DNA from: Candidatus Multivoradales bacterium
Lineage (GTDB): Bacteria > Acidobacteriota > Thermoanaerobaculia > Multivoradales > J023
NCBI GenBank assembly: GCA_965248925.1
Contig: CBDFLE010000006.1
Location: 2,720,001-2,784,000, forward strand
DNA length: 64,000 bases
Direction: 5' to 3'
A program made the position numbers and the translations under genes. Numbering within the stretch: the first letter of the stretch is position 1; each line of letters begins with the position of its first letter. The notes below the pieces were generated by a model, which did not search any database, was not told where the DNA came from, and saw only the letters and a list, made by a program, of their open reading frames with translations. This document shows positions 18,371 through 28,439 of this stretch, piece by piece.

Positions 18371-20077
18371 TCACTTTCTGGCACCGCACAATCTTGGGCT
18401 CAGGCGCAGGCCGGCGCCGAGCAGCAAGATCACCAGCAGCGCCAAACCTAGCGTCCCCACCGTAGGGATGGGCTCGGCTTCGGCGGCCAGACAGGCAGAG
18501 ATCTCGGAGGTTTCGCCGTTCGCCAGGTTGGTGGCGGTGGTGGTGATGACCAATCCGGCGCCAAACGGCAAGGCCAGGTTGGTGGCGATGTCAGCGTTGC
18601 CGGTGGCGCCGGTGGTGACGGTCAGGGCACCGAGGAATAGCTCTGCTTCACCGAACGGCTCGCTGTCGCTGGACTGACCCGCAGTGTCACCATTGCACAC
18701 CGTGTTGGCAAAAATCTCAATGCGGAAATCGGTGACGGCTGTGCTGTCGAGGGTGGCCGTCACTGTCACTTCACCGCTGTCGAGGGTGGCCGAGGTTAGC
18801 TCGGGGAAGTTTTGCAGGCCGTTGGCACCCGCATCGGTATCGCCTGCGTCGTTGGCGGTGGGTCCTCCTGGCGCTAGGTCGATGCCAAGAGACTCGTTTG
18901 AGTGAATGGCGTTGCCCAACAAGCTGTTGCCGGCGCCGGTGCCCACTGCGACACCAAGGAAATTGAACGCTACCAGGTTGGCGCCAGCCGGATCGAGCCC
19001 GCCGACGACGTTGCTCGACGCTTGGATGAAAATGCCGAGACCGTTGCCCAGCGGATCGTTGCCGGATGCGTCGGTGCCGATCAGATTGCCTTCAACGCGG
19101 TTGTTGTCTGAGCTCGGATCGCGAATTCGCACGCCGGTGCCATTGCCAGAGATCAGATTGCCAGCGCCCGGCGCGCTGCCGCCGATCAAAGTGCTGTTCG
19201 AACCGCCTTGGATCAGCACGCCCTCGATGTTGGGGATGCCGAAACTGCCAGACAGATCGGTGCCGATGTAGTTTCCCTCGACCCGGTTGCCAGAGGCGCC
19301 AATGTTGAAGTTGACCCCCAACCCCTGGTTGCCAGAGATCAAGTTTCGAGCCGCGGCGTTGGTGCCACCTACCAGGTTGTCGCTGGCGTTGCGCTGAATG
19401 GTGATGCCATGGCGGTTGGCCAGCGCCACGGTGCCAGTGAGGTCGGTGCCGATGCGGTTGCCTTCGATCCGGTTGCCATTGCCAGGCTCGATGCGAATGC
19501 CTGAGCTGGGGTTACCGGAGATCAAGTTGCCGGCCCCTGGCGCGGTGCCGCCGATGACGTTACCGTCGCCTTGCACGTTGATCCCCACCGCGCCGTTGCC
19601 CACCGCGATCGTGCCACTGACGTCGGTGCCGATGAAGTTGCACTCGATCTGGCTGGATCCTCCAAACACCCCTAGCGCCGAGCTGGGAAAGCCGTGCAGC
19701 ACCAAACCCCGGACTGTTGCCGGGACTTGCAAAACAAGACCCACCGGCCCCGCGGAGCTGCCGTCGATCTCGACGATCGGCCGCCAGGCAACACAATCAG
19801 CGCCGGGTTGAGTCTCGCCATCGACGGTCACTGGGTCGGTCACCGCGGGTAAATCGGTGAGCGGCACGATCACGGTGTCGCCGGCCGGCAAATTGAAGGC
19901 GATGGTGTCTGTACCGGCGACCGCATTGGCCGCCAGGATCGCTTCGCGAAAACTACAGTGAATGGCGTCGCAAGTGCCATCGTCAACATCGTCGGAGACG
20001 TTGACCAAGAAAGTGGTCTGGGCCCCAGCCGCAGCGGCAGCCCAGCCAAGTGCTAGACAGAAAAAGACGTTACGCAT
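18371..20077 (-). CDS. CSLREA-domain, right-handed beta-helix surface protein with IPTL-CTERM-like sorting tail
   Basis: N-terminal VNVSDDVDDGTCDAIHCSFREAILAAN; repeated NLISGN...N.IEGN.IGTD.SG units; C-terminal IPTVGTLGLALLVILLLGAGLRL followed by basic residues. Confidence 0.85.
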   Translation of the reverse strand: MRNVFFCLALGWAAAAAGAQTTFLVNVSDDVDDGTCDAIHCSFREAILAANAVAGTDTIAFNLPAGDTVIVPLTDLPAVTDPVTVDGETQPGADCVAWRPIVEIDGSSAGPVGLVLQVPATVRGLVLHGFPSSALGVFGGSSQIECNFIGTDVSGTIAVGNGAVGINVQGDGNVIGGTAPGAGNLISGNPSSGIRIEPGNGNRIEGNRIGTDLTGTVALANRHGITIQRNASDNLVGGTNAAARNLISGNQGLGVNFNIGASGNRVEGNYIGTDLSGSFGIPNIEGVLIQGGSNSTLIGGSAPGAGNLISGNGTGVRIRDPSSDNNRVEGNLIGTDASGNDPLGNGLGIFIQASSNVVGGLDPAGANLVAFNFLGVAVGTGAGNSLLGNAIHSNESLGIDLAPGGPTANDAGDTDAGANGLQNFPELTSATLDSGEVTVTATLDSTAVTDFRIEIFANTVCNGDTAGQSSDSEPFGEAELFLGALTVTTGATGNADIATNLALPFGAGLVITTTATNLANGETSEISACLAAEAEPIPTVGTLGLALLVILLLGAGLRLSPRLCGARK

Positions 20078-20225
20078 CGATCCCTCCGGGTTGTCGTTAC
20101 TTTGGAGAAAAGCGGGTCGAGCTCTGAGCCTAGATACGCGGGGCCAGGACTGGGGTTTTAGGAAAGTCTCAAGATCCCGATAGAGCGTCTGGTAACGGCC
20201 GGATCCGCGTCACTCCGCGAGCGAG

Positions 20226-20234
20226 TGCTACAGT
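20226..20234 (+). promoter_or_regulatory. Extended -10 promoter candidate (TGcTACAGT) for the tail-tube gene
   Basis: TGnTAnnnT pattern about 60 nt upstream of ATG 20296; GAGGA SD just before the start. Confidence 0.45.
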
Positions 20235-20295
20235 TGGCTAGCTGTTCTCTGTGCGGACCAAGCCGCCTGGCAGAGGAGTGTCCGAGGACTGATCG

Positions 20296-20859
20296 ATGGG
20301 AACCCCAGCTAATATCCGCTCGGCGGTGATGGATCCACTGCTGACCTACAAATTTGTCGTCAGCTGGGAGATCGATGGCCGGCTAACTCCGGTTGCGGGG
20401 ATCAGCAAGATCGGCCCCCTGTCGCGCACCACCCAGGTCGCTGAATATGGCAATGCACCCGGACCGGTGATTCCTGGGCAGACGAGCTTCGACGAGATCA
20501 ACCTCGAGCGCGGCATCATCCTCGATGTTGCCTTCGAGCGCTGGGCCAACAAGGTCTGGTACTACGAGCACTGCGCTAGCTTGGGCGAGCAGAACTCGCT
20601 GGCGGATTTCCGCAAGACTCTGACCCTCGACCACTGCAACCAAGCCGGTCAGGTGGTGCTTCGATTCTATGTCTTCAACTGCTGGCCATCGAAATTCATC
20701 GCCGCGGCGGACCTCGACGCTACAGCCGGCAGCAGCGTGCTACTCGAATCGCTGACTCTTCAAAATGAAGGCTGGCAGCGTGACGACAGCTTTTCACCAG
20801 CACCGTATCCCGGCTTTGCCGCGCCCTCCTCACCGAGTGGTGGACTCGTGCCGAGCTGA
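20296..20859 (+). CDS. Phage/contractile injection system tail tube protein (T4 gp19-like, Afp1/Afp5 type)
   Basis: DPLLTYKFVV, VAGISKIGPLSRTT, PGQTSFDEINLERG, FERWANKVW, SLADFRK, NQAGQVV.RF.VFNCWPS, LESLTLQNEGWQRD are typical of the gp19-like tube family. Confidence 0.88.
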   Translation: MGTPANIRSAVMDPLLTYKFVVSWEIDGRLTPVAGISKIGPLSRTTQVAEYGNAPGPVIPGQTSFDEINLERGIILDVAFERWANKVWYYEHCASLGEQNSLADFRKTLTLDHCNQAGQVVLRFYVFNCWPSKFIAAADLDATAGSSVLLESLTLQNEGWQRDDSFSPAPYPGFAAPSSPSGGLVPS

Positions 20860-20908
20860 AGACTCTTTGCCGCCGAAGATGTTCGCCGCAAGTCTTGTGG
20901 CGGGTGGC

Positions 20909-23119
20909 TCACAAGCCGCGCAGACGGCGCAAAGTCGCGCGGGCCTGGCTGTGGTCTGGGCGTAGGCGGAGGACTTCCTGAAACTGAAAAGCAGCGCGCT
21001 GACGGTCGCCTAACCGCAGCAGTGCGCGCGCCAACTGGTAGCGGGCGCCGGCATTGCGAGGTTGCAGACTGACCAAGCGATCGTAGTAGTCGCGGGCTTC
21101 AGCGAGCCGGCCAAGTTGCAAGCAGGCAGCACCAGCCAAATCATGGGACCGCGCGCTTTCTGGGTCGCCGACGAGTGCTGCCTCGAGTTCGGCCAGGGCC
21201 TCGAGTGGAGCACCGAGCTCTAAGAGAGTGGCACCTAGTTCTTCGTAGGTGCGGGATTGCGTTTGGGCGCTTAACGATCGCCTTAGGGCGCCGAGAGCTC
21301 TCTTCGGTTGGCCGGTTTGGCGCCAGATCGTGCCGCGCAGGAAATCGTCTTCCGCCGGCAGAGGTGCAAGCTCGGCAGCTTGTTCGAGTGGTTCCAGGGC
21401 CTCCTCGGGGTGACCCGTCGCGAGCAACGCCTTGGCCAGACCCCGCTGCGCGACCACCTGACTCGGGTCGATCTCTACCGCTGCTCGAAAATGATCTGCG
21501 GCCTCGGCGACTAGGCCCAGACTGCTGAGTAGCGACCCGAGGCTGAGGTGCACCGGCAAGAACCCCGGTGCTCCCTTGGCGGCGGATCGGTAGTGCTCGA
21601 TCGCCGGCTCGAGCTGAGCTTCACCCACCATCAGTTGCGCCAAGGCGAAATGGGTGGCCGGCAATTCTGAATTCGAGGCCAGGGCCCGTAGATAGTTGTC
21701 GACTGCCAAGCGCGGCAGGCTGCGCTCTTCCTGGGATTGGGCGACGTGGTAGAAGAAATCTGCTGTCGTGTAGGAGTCCTCTTCACAGAAAGGCCCCGGC
21801 AACGTCACCAAGGCGAGGGCCACCGCGGTGATCAAGGTGGATGCGGCCAGCACTCTCCATCGCCGATGGGCTAGCGCGCCATGAATCTCTGCGATGCCTG
21901 CTGCCGCTGCCACGCTAAGGGCGGGAATCATCGGCAGACGGGAGCGGGCGGTGACCCAAGACAAAACTAGGCAGAGCGACTAGAGAGTCAAGAAGAGCAG
22001 CAAAGGAGTCCCAAGCTCGGCCCGGCGCCGAACGAGACCGACCGCCGCCAAGGGCAATAGCAGGCCCCAAGGGAACCCAAACCAGCCCACGCGCCAGGTC
22101 GTTGCACGCAGCAGTGCAGACCATTGGCGCGAGAAGTAGATATCGAGATCCCCGGGCAACTCGCGCGAACTCACCAAGCGCAGCGCTTTGCTTCCGAGAC
22201 CGCGCAGGAAGTTCGCTGGATCGGCGGCGATCCAGTTTCCGACTGGCTCGAAGGGTTGGTCCAGGTGCTCGACTTGGAGCTTGGCGGCGACCGATGCAGG
22301 AGGGCATTCGGCAGGCTTATTGGCCCGGTAGAGGATGCTACCCAGGTCGTCGGGTAACCGGCTGACGGGGTTGCCGCCGTGCTCGCTGAGCCACATCGCG
22401 GGCAGTGCCAAGAGAGCGAAGGCAGCCAACCCCGTGGTCGCCGCCGCCAAGCTGAGCCGCCAGCCGCCGGTGGCACCGCGGGCGCGCCAAACCAACCACC
22501 CCCAAGCCAACACCACAAAAGGTGCGAACAGAGGTTCGAGCAAGACGGCCAGTGCGCTGGCCGAGCCCAGTGCCAACCAAAGATCAGGCCCTGGTCGCTG
22601 CTCGGCGCTGTCAAAGCAGAGCAGCAACACTAGCGACCAGAAAGCTGCCCAGACGGTGGGCACCAACTCGCTCTCGAACAACAACAAGGGGCCGTAGAAG
22701 GCAGTCAGGGTCGCCGCTAGGAGACCATAGGTGGTGCCGAGGCGGCGTTTGCCGAAGATCCACACCAGCCAACAGGTGCTGGCTCCCAGCAGTGCTTGGA
22801 GCAGCTTGGCGACCCAGATCGAGCCGCCGGTAGACTTGTAGACCAAGGCCAGATAGACCGGGTAGAAAGGCGGCAGCCAAAGCGATCGAGAGTCGAACTC
22901 ACCACTCGTCGCTAACCTGCGAGCCGCCAGATCGTGGACTCCCGCTGCGACGATCGGAGCGGCGAAAGAAGGGCTCGAGGTGCTTTGGTGCAGGAAGACC
23001 CAGCGGCCGCAGAGGGCGAGGACAAACAAGATCAGTGGTAGCCACCGGGATCGCAACATCATGGGTCGAACCTGTTGGGTGTCTGCTTTGGCGATGGAGG
23101 GTCTGGTATCATTGTTCAT
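20909..23119 (-). pseudogene. GT-C (ArnT/PMT-like, family 39/83-type) membrane glycosyltransferase fused to TPRs, interrupted by an in-frame TAG
   Basis: ORFs 21980..23119 and 20909..21964 share one frame and are separated only by TAG at 21980-21982 (LLLFLTL*SLCLVLSWVTARSRLPMIP); PPFYPVYLA and QALLGA motifs, multi-TM, C-terminal TPRs. Confidence 0.7.
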
Positions 23120-23303
23120 GGTGCTCCGTGTATCTACGGAGTGCAGTCGCCGGGCACCCTGGTCGAATCATCCCCGACATGCCGAAGCAGAAAGACCAGT
23201 ACCAGCCACTCTGGAATGATGGCAAATTCGGCGGCACTACGAAACCTCCCCAGCGAGGGTCCCGCCTCCCTTCGCTACTGACCGTTGATCCAAGAGGTTC
23301 TTC

Positions 23304-25058
23304 ATGACGCGCAACACCCAGTCACATCGCCACTACTTTTTGCTTGCCCTCGCCGTGCTGCTGCTCTTCCTGCTGCCGTCCCAGCAGTGGTCTTCGCTGG
23401 CGGCCCAGGATAGTGACTCGGCTGCTGAGCCAGTGGAGGTGGATGAACTCTACGTTGAGATCGTGGACGTCAACGTGGTCAACGTCGAGGTCTACGTGAC
23501 CGACAAGAAGGGCAACTTCATCTCCGGCTTGAGCCGCGCCGACTTTGAGGTCTTCGAGGACGGTCGGCCGGTGGCGGTCAGTAACTTCTACGCCGTCGAC
23601 AGCAGCAAGGACCAGAAAGAGGGCGGTTTGACCCAGGCGGATCGGGTGGCGAGTGGCCTGGGTAGCGGCAGATCAGTGCTCGAAGCGGTCAATGTGCCCG
23701 AGGAGCAACGCCTGCACCTGGTGATCTACTTTGACAACCAGTTCCTCAAGCCATTCAGTCGCAACCGGGTGGTGCGGCAGGTACGCTCCTTCATGCACAC
23801 CCATGTGAAGGCTCACGACCGGGTGATGTTGGTGACCTTCGACAAATCGATGCATGTGCGTCACCCCTTCACCAGCAATCGTCAAGCGATCGCCGACGCG
23901 CTCTTCGGCCTCGAAGAGCTCAGCGCCTTCAAGGTGCAGCACGATAGTGAGCGCAAGGAAATCATCAAGCGGATTGAGCGCACCGACGATCCCTTCGAAG
24001 CCGAAGGCCATGTCGACTTCTATGCCAAAAGCCTGTTCCATGATCTCACCCAGAGTTTGCGCTCCCTCAACGAGTTGGTGGGTTCCCTCGGTGGCCTACC
24101 CGGTCGCAAGGCAATCCTGCACGTCTCTGACGGCTTGCCGATGGTGGCGGGCGAGGATCTTTTCTACCTGCTGGATCAGAACTTCAGCGGCACCTTCAGT
24201 TCCAAGCTGCTCGCCTCGCGCTACAGCGCCAAGCGCAACTTCAAGGAGCTAACGGCGCGCGCCAACGCCAATCGGGTGAGCTTCTACACCCTCGAAGGGG
24301 CGGGCTTGCGCTCTCACGATTCGCTGTCGGCGGAGAACCTCGGCAGCGGCGGCAGCCAAACTTCGGGCGGTTCCTACATCGATACCGATTTCGTGCGCCT
24401 GTCGAACAATGTCGAGACCCTACAGATGATGGCGTACGAAACCGGTGGCCAAGCCTGGTTCAACACCAACAACATCGCTGGCGCGCTCGACCGGGTAGCC
24501 AGCGATTTTCGCAACTACTACTCGCTAGGGTACTTCCCCGCCGCCAGTGCCGAAGGGCGCTATCACGACATCGAAGTGAAGGTGAAAGGCCGTAAGGAGT
24601 TGCGGGTGCGCCACCGTACCGGCTACCGCAGCAAGACTGCCGAGCACCAGGTCAACGATTCCACAGTCGCCACCCTGCTCTACGGAGTCCAGTCCAACCC
24701 CCTCGAAATCGAACTCCAAATCGACCGCGCCAGGGCTCGTGAGGACGGCAACTACCTGCTGCCGATCAACGTCCGGATACCTATCGGCAAAGTCACTTTG
24801 GTGCCGCGCGAGACTCAACACATCGGCAAGGTGCGGGTGTCGGTGGCGGTTATCGACGAGGATGGCCGGATGTCGCCGATCGAGCAGACCCGAATACCGA
24901 TCATCATTCCCGTTGCCGATTTGGAACTGGCGCAAGGCAAGTTCTACGTCTACTCGGTGGAGTTGCTGATGCGCAAGGGCAATCAGCGGGTGGCGGTCGG
25001 GGTGCGCGATGACTACGCTGGCGAGTCCTCCTTCGTCCGCTATCCAGTCCACATCTGA
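23304..25058 (+). CDS. VWA-domain protein (acidobacterial VWFA-related type), exported
   Basis: VDVNVVNVEVYVTDKKG...GLSRADF; LPGRKAILHVSDG; ETGGQA...NYYSLGY...YHDIEVKV; paralog of 1051..2925. Confidence 0.88.
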   Translation: MTRNTQSHRHYFLLALAVLLLFLLPSQQWSSLAAQDSDSAAEPVEVDELYVEIVDVNVVNVEVYVTDKKGNFISGLSRADFEVFEDGRPVAVSNFYAVDSSKDQKEGGLTQADRVASGLGSGRSVLEAVNVPEEQRLHLVIYFDNQFLKPFSRNRVVRQVRSFMHTHVKAHDRVMLVTFDKSMHVRHPFTSNRQAIADALFGLEELSAFKVQHDSERKEIIKRIERTDDPFEAEGHVDFYAKSLFHDLTQSLRSLNELVGSLGGLPGRKAILHVSDGLPMVAGEDLFYLLDQNFSGTFSSKLLASRYSAKRNFKELTARANANRVSFYTLEGAGLRSHDSLSAENLGSGGSQTSGGSYIDTDFVRLSNNVETLQMMAYETGGQAWFNTNNIAGALDRVASDFRNYYSLGYFPAASAEGRYHDIEVKVKGRKELRVRHRTGYRSKTAEHQVNDSTVATLLYGVQSNPLEIELQIDRARAREDGNYLLPINVRIPIGKVTLVPRETQHIGKVRVSVAVIDEDGRMSPIEQTRIPIIIPVADLELAQGKFYVYSVELLMRKGNQRVAVGVRDDYAGESSFVRYPVHI

Positions 25059-25080
25059 GCACCGCCGGACACGCAAACCG

Positions 25081-26838
25081 ATGTCGCCACCGCCCGTCAC
25101 GCGCAGGAGAATTTCGGCCTTGGGGAGGGTCTTGCTGGCCTGGCCCGCGGTGTTCTTGTTGGCCGGGCCAGGCGTTGCTGCGGATCTCTTCAGCGACCGA
25201 GCCGTCGAGTGGGGCGTTGATTTTACCCACTTCAATGGTCGATCGGGGGAGTACTACTTCAGTGAGATCGTCGGTGCCGGAGCCGCTTTGTTCGACTACG
25301 ACGGCGATGGCGACCTCGACCTCTTCTTGCTCCAAGGCCATCTGCTCGGAGCCGAGCTGGGCAAGACCATGGCCGATGCTCTGGATACTCCCCGCGGACA
25401 GCTCGCCGACCGCCTGTTTCGCAACGACCTGACGATCGACGCTGAAGGCCGCCGCCAAGTGCGCTTCGTCGACGTCACCGCCAGCAGCGGCCTGCGTTCC
25501 ACTGGCTACGGTATGGGGGTGGCGGCAGCAGATTTCGACAACGATGGTTGGGTGGATCTCTTTGTCACCAACTTTGGCGCCAATCAACTGTGGAAGAACC
25601 GCGGCGATGGCACCTTTGTCGACCACACTGCTGGTGCCGGCTTGGGTGATATCCGGTGGTCGATTCCGGCGGTTTCCCTGGATTTCGACCGCGATGGTTG
25701 GCTCGATCTCTATGTCGGCAACTATGTCGATTTTTCGCTCAAGAACCACAAACTCTGTCGCACTATCGCTGGTGCTGCGGACTACTGTGGTCCGCTGTCA
25801 TTCCCGCCGCTGGCTGATCGGCTCTACCGTAATCTGGGAGATGGCACTTTCGAAGACGTCTCCACCAAGAGTCGGATCGGCCGCGAGTTCGGCGGTGCCT
25901 TGGGGGTGGTGGCCGCGGACCTCGATGGCGATGGGTGGCAAGATATCTACGTTGCCAACGATGGTGTTCCCAACCAGATGTGGATCAACCAGCACGACGG
26001 CAGCTTCCGCAACGAGGCGCTGCTCGCCGGTACCGCGGTCAGCGCCATGGGTCGGCCCGAGGCGTCGATGGGGGTGGTGGTCGCCGACTACGATGGCGAT
26101 GGCGACGAAGACATATTCATGACCCACCTGCTGCGCGAGACCAACACCCTCTATCGCAACGAGGGACAGGGTACCTTCGTCGATGCCACCGACGAGGCGG
26201 GTTTGGGCTCACCCAGCTGGCCCTACACCAGTTTTGGTACCGTATTTTTCGATTATGACAACGATGGTGCGCTCGACCTGCTGGTAGCCAGCGGTTCGGT
26301 GCGGGTGCTGAACGAACTCGAAGCCGCTGGCGACCCCTTTCCGTTTCATCAGAAAAATCAGCTGTTTCACAATCGTGGCAATGGACGCTTCGTCGATGTC
26401 ACCGCCATCGCTGGTGCCGTCTTTCAGCACTCCGAGGTCAGTCGGGGGTTGGCATGGGGTGATATCGACAACGATGGTGATGCCGACGTGGTGCTGACCA
26501 ACAACGGTGGCCGGACGCGGCTGCTGATCAATAACGTCGGCCAACAGAGCCATTGGTTAGGGTTGCGGTTGGTGGCCGGAAAGCCACAGCGTGATCAGCA
26601 AGGGGCACGCCTGGCATTGCGGCGCAAGGGTCGGTCGACTCTCTGGCGGCGAGTGGATAGCGGCGGTGGCTTCGCCGTTGCCAACGATCCACGGATTTTG
26701 ATTGGGCTCGGAGATTCACCGCAGGTTGACGGGCTGGAGGTGATCTGGCCAGACGGTTGGCGCGAGAATTTCAGCGCTGAGGCAGATCGTTATACAACCC
26801 TGGTTCGTGGCCGGGGCAAGCCGGCCGTCAGTCGATGA
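25081..26838 (+). CDS. CRTAC1/ASPIC-UnbV family protein
   Basis: DYDGDGDLD repeats, LCRTIAGAADYCGP loop and ASPIC/UnbV tail; ATG 25081 gives a clean signal peptide after the VWA stop. Confidence 0.92.
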   Translation: MSPPPVTRRRISALGRVLLAWPAVFLLAGPGVAADLFSDRAVEWGVDFTHFNGRSGEYYFSEIVGAGAALFDYDGDGDLDLFLLQGHLLGAELGKTMADALDTPRGQLADRLFRNDLTIDAEGRRQVRFVDVTASSGLRSTGYGMGVAAADFDNDGWVDLFVTNFGANQLWKNRGDGTFVDHTAGAGLGDIRWSIPAVSLDFDRDGWLDLYVGNYVDFSLKNHKLCRTIAGAADYCGPLSFPPLADRLYRNLGDGTFEDVSTKSRIGREFGGALGVVAADLDGDGWQDIYVANDGVPNQMWINQHDGSFRNEALLAGTAVSAMGRPEASMGVVVADYDGDGDEDIFMTHLLRETNTLYRNEGQGTFVDATDEAGLGSPSWPYTSFGTVFFDYDNDGALDLLVASGSVRVLNELEAAGDPFPFHQKNQLFHNRGNGRFVDVTAIAGAVFQHSEVSRGLAWGDIDNDGDADVVLTNNGGRTRLLINNVGQQSHWLGLRLVAGKPQRDQQGARLALRRKGRSTLWRRVDSGGGFAVANDPRILIGLGDSPQVDGLEVIWPDGWRENFSAEADRYTTLVRGRGKPAVSR

Positions 26839-28439
26839 GCGACCGCTGCCGCCAACCCGTGGCACCGTGGCTGACGGCTCCTTGGCTGGCTGCACCGTGG
26901 CTGTCGGCGTGGTGGATAATCGCGGCTCTGTGGCTAGTGACGGCGGCGTGGGCCTCAGCCGCCCCGGGCGAGCTGCCACGGCCCGATTTGGAGCGGGTCA
27001 ACCCGGCGGTGCGGACTCAGTTCATGCAAGCTCGGCAGGAGTATGACCGCCTGCAGCGGGCGGCTACCGATTTATCCCGGCTAGCTGAACTCGCTGGCGA
27101 ACTCGGCCGCATGTACCTGGCCTACGACTACCTGGACGCTGCCGTCGCCGCCTTCGGCGAGGCGCGGCTGGGGCAGCCGCGGGAGTTTCGCTGGGTCTAT
27201 CTACAAGGCTTCGCTCTGGAGCGCTACGGTCGGCTGGAGCCGGCGATCGAGGCGTTGAGCGCCGCCCTGGTCCTGCGCCCTAGCGAGCCGGTGGTTCAGG
27301 TTCGTCTCGCCGATATCCATCTGCTCGGTGGCCGTCTCGAGCAAGCCAAGGAGCTGTACACCGCCGCCTTCGCCACCGATCCCACTTGCACCTCTGGCCT
27401 CTATGGCATGGGCCAGGTCGCGCGCCGCCAGGGGCGGCTGGAGTTGGCCGCCGGCCTCTTCGAAGAGGCATTGCAACAGCGCCCGGGCACCGTCCAGATC
27501 CTCTACCCCCTGGCTCAGACTCTGCGCCAATTGGGCCAAGTCGAAGAAGCTCGCCAATTGCTAGCCCAGGTCGATTTCAAGCAGGCCAGCCTGGGCCGCT
27601 GGGAAGCGTGCCGAGATCCGTGGGCGAGTGCCATCCCAAAGATCGCTACCGGTGCCCCGGCACATATTCTGCGGGCGACCCAGGCTGCCTTCGCCGGCAA
27701 CACTGAGCTCGAGCTGGCCGAACTGCGCAAGGCGGTGACTGCCAACCCGCAAGACGCCGTGGCCCACAAGAGTCTGGCCGTCAGCCTGCAACGCGAAGGT
27801 GACCTCGAGGGCGCCGAGCAGCACTTTGGCGAAGCCGTGCGCCTCGATCCGGGAGACGCGGTCTACCGCTACGCCTTGGCCGAGGTGCTGCTGCAAAAGA
27901 ACCAGGTTGCAGAGGCCGTGATTCTCTTGCGCCGGGCTTTAGAGATCAATCCCGAGTATCTCGCGGCCAATCTGCGCCTGGCTCAGGTGCTGCTGCAAAA
28001 CAAACGCTTCACGCTGAGTATCGAGCACAGTACGCGAGTGTTGGCAGTGGACCCCCAGAATCTCAAAGCGCGACTCAGTCTGGCTATGGCCTACTTGCAG
28101 TTGGGGCGGGTGGGCGAAGCGGCGAGCGAGCTCGGTCAGCTGCTCGACTCGCAGGCGCCGGAGAGTCCGGCGGGGCACCTGCAGCTGGCCACCCTGCTCG
28201 GCAGTCTGGGTGACCTGCCGCGGGCGATGCGCCACTACGCCGCGATACTTGAGGGAGAAGTACCAGACGAGGTGCGCGCCCTGGCCCATACCCGGCTAGG
28301 TCAGGGGCACTTCCGGCTCGGCGATCTGGCGGCCTCGCTGGCCGCATTTCGCGCTGCGGTGGCCATCGATCCGCAACTCCAGGAAGCCCGTTCCGGCCTC
28401 GCCCAGGCCCTCGAACAGCAAGAGAAGATGGCCCAATGA
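26835..28439 (+). CDS. Exported TPR protein
   Basis: ATGA overlap with CRTAC1; PRPDL...PAVR.Q and QPREFRW.YL.G motifs shared with the paralogs; multiple TPRs. Confidence 0.87.
   Translation: MSDRCRQPVAPWLTAPWLAAPWLSAWWIIAALWLVTAAWASAAPGELPRPDLERVNPAVRTQFMQARQEYDRLQRAATDLSRLAELAGELGRMYLAYDYLDAAVAAFGEARLGQPREFRWVYLQGFALERYGRLEPAIEALSAALVLRPSEPVVQVRLADIHLLGGRLEQAKELYTAAFATDPTCTSGLYGMGQVARRQGRLELAAGLFEEALQQRPGTVQILYPLAQTLRQLGQVEEARQLLAQVDFKQASLGRWEACRDPWASAIPKIATGAPAHILRATQAAFAGNTELELAELRKAVTANPQDAVAHKSLAVSLQREGDLEGAEQHFGEAVRLDPGDAVYRYALAEVLLQKNQVAEAVILLRRALEINPEYLAANLRLAQVLLQNKRFTLSIEHSTRVLAVDPQNLKARLSLAMAYLQLGRVGEAASELGQLLDSQAPESPAGHLQLATLLGSLGDLPRAMRHYAAILEGEVPDEVRALAHTRLGQGHFRLGDLAASLAAFRAAVAIDPQLQEARSGLAQALEQQEKMAQ

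Noticed and set aside
20296-20859. Prophage or complete eCIS/T6SS locus
   Set aside because: Only one tube gene is present; no sheath, baseplate, capsid, terminase or integrase in the window.
6729-26838. Enediyne or other secondary-metabolite cluster implied by the UnbV domains
   Set aside because: No PKS, NRPS or tailoring enzymes are present; ASPIC/UnbV proteins are widespread outside such clusters.
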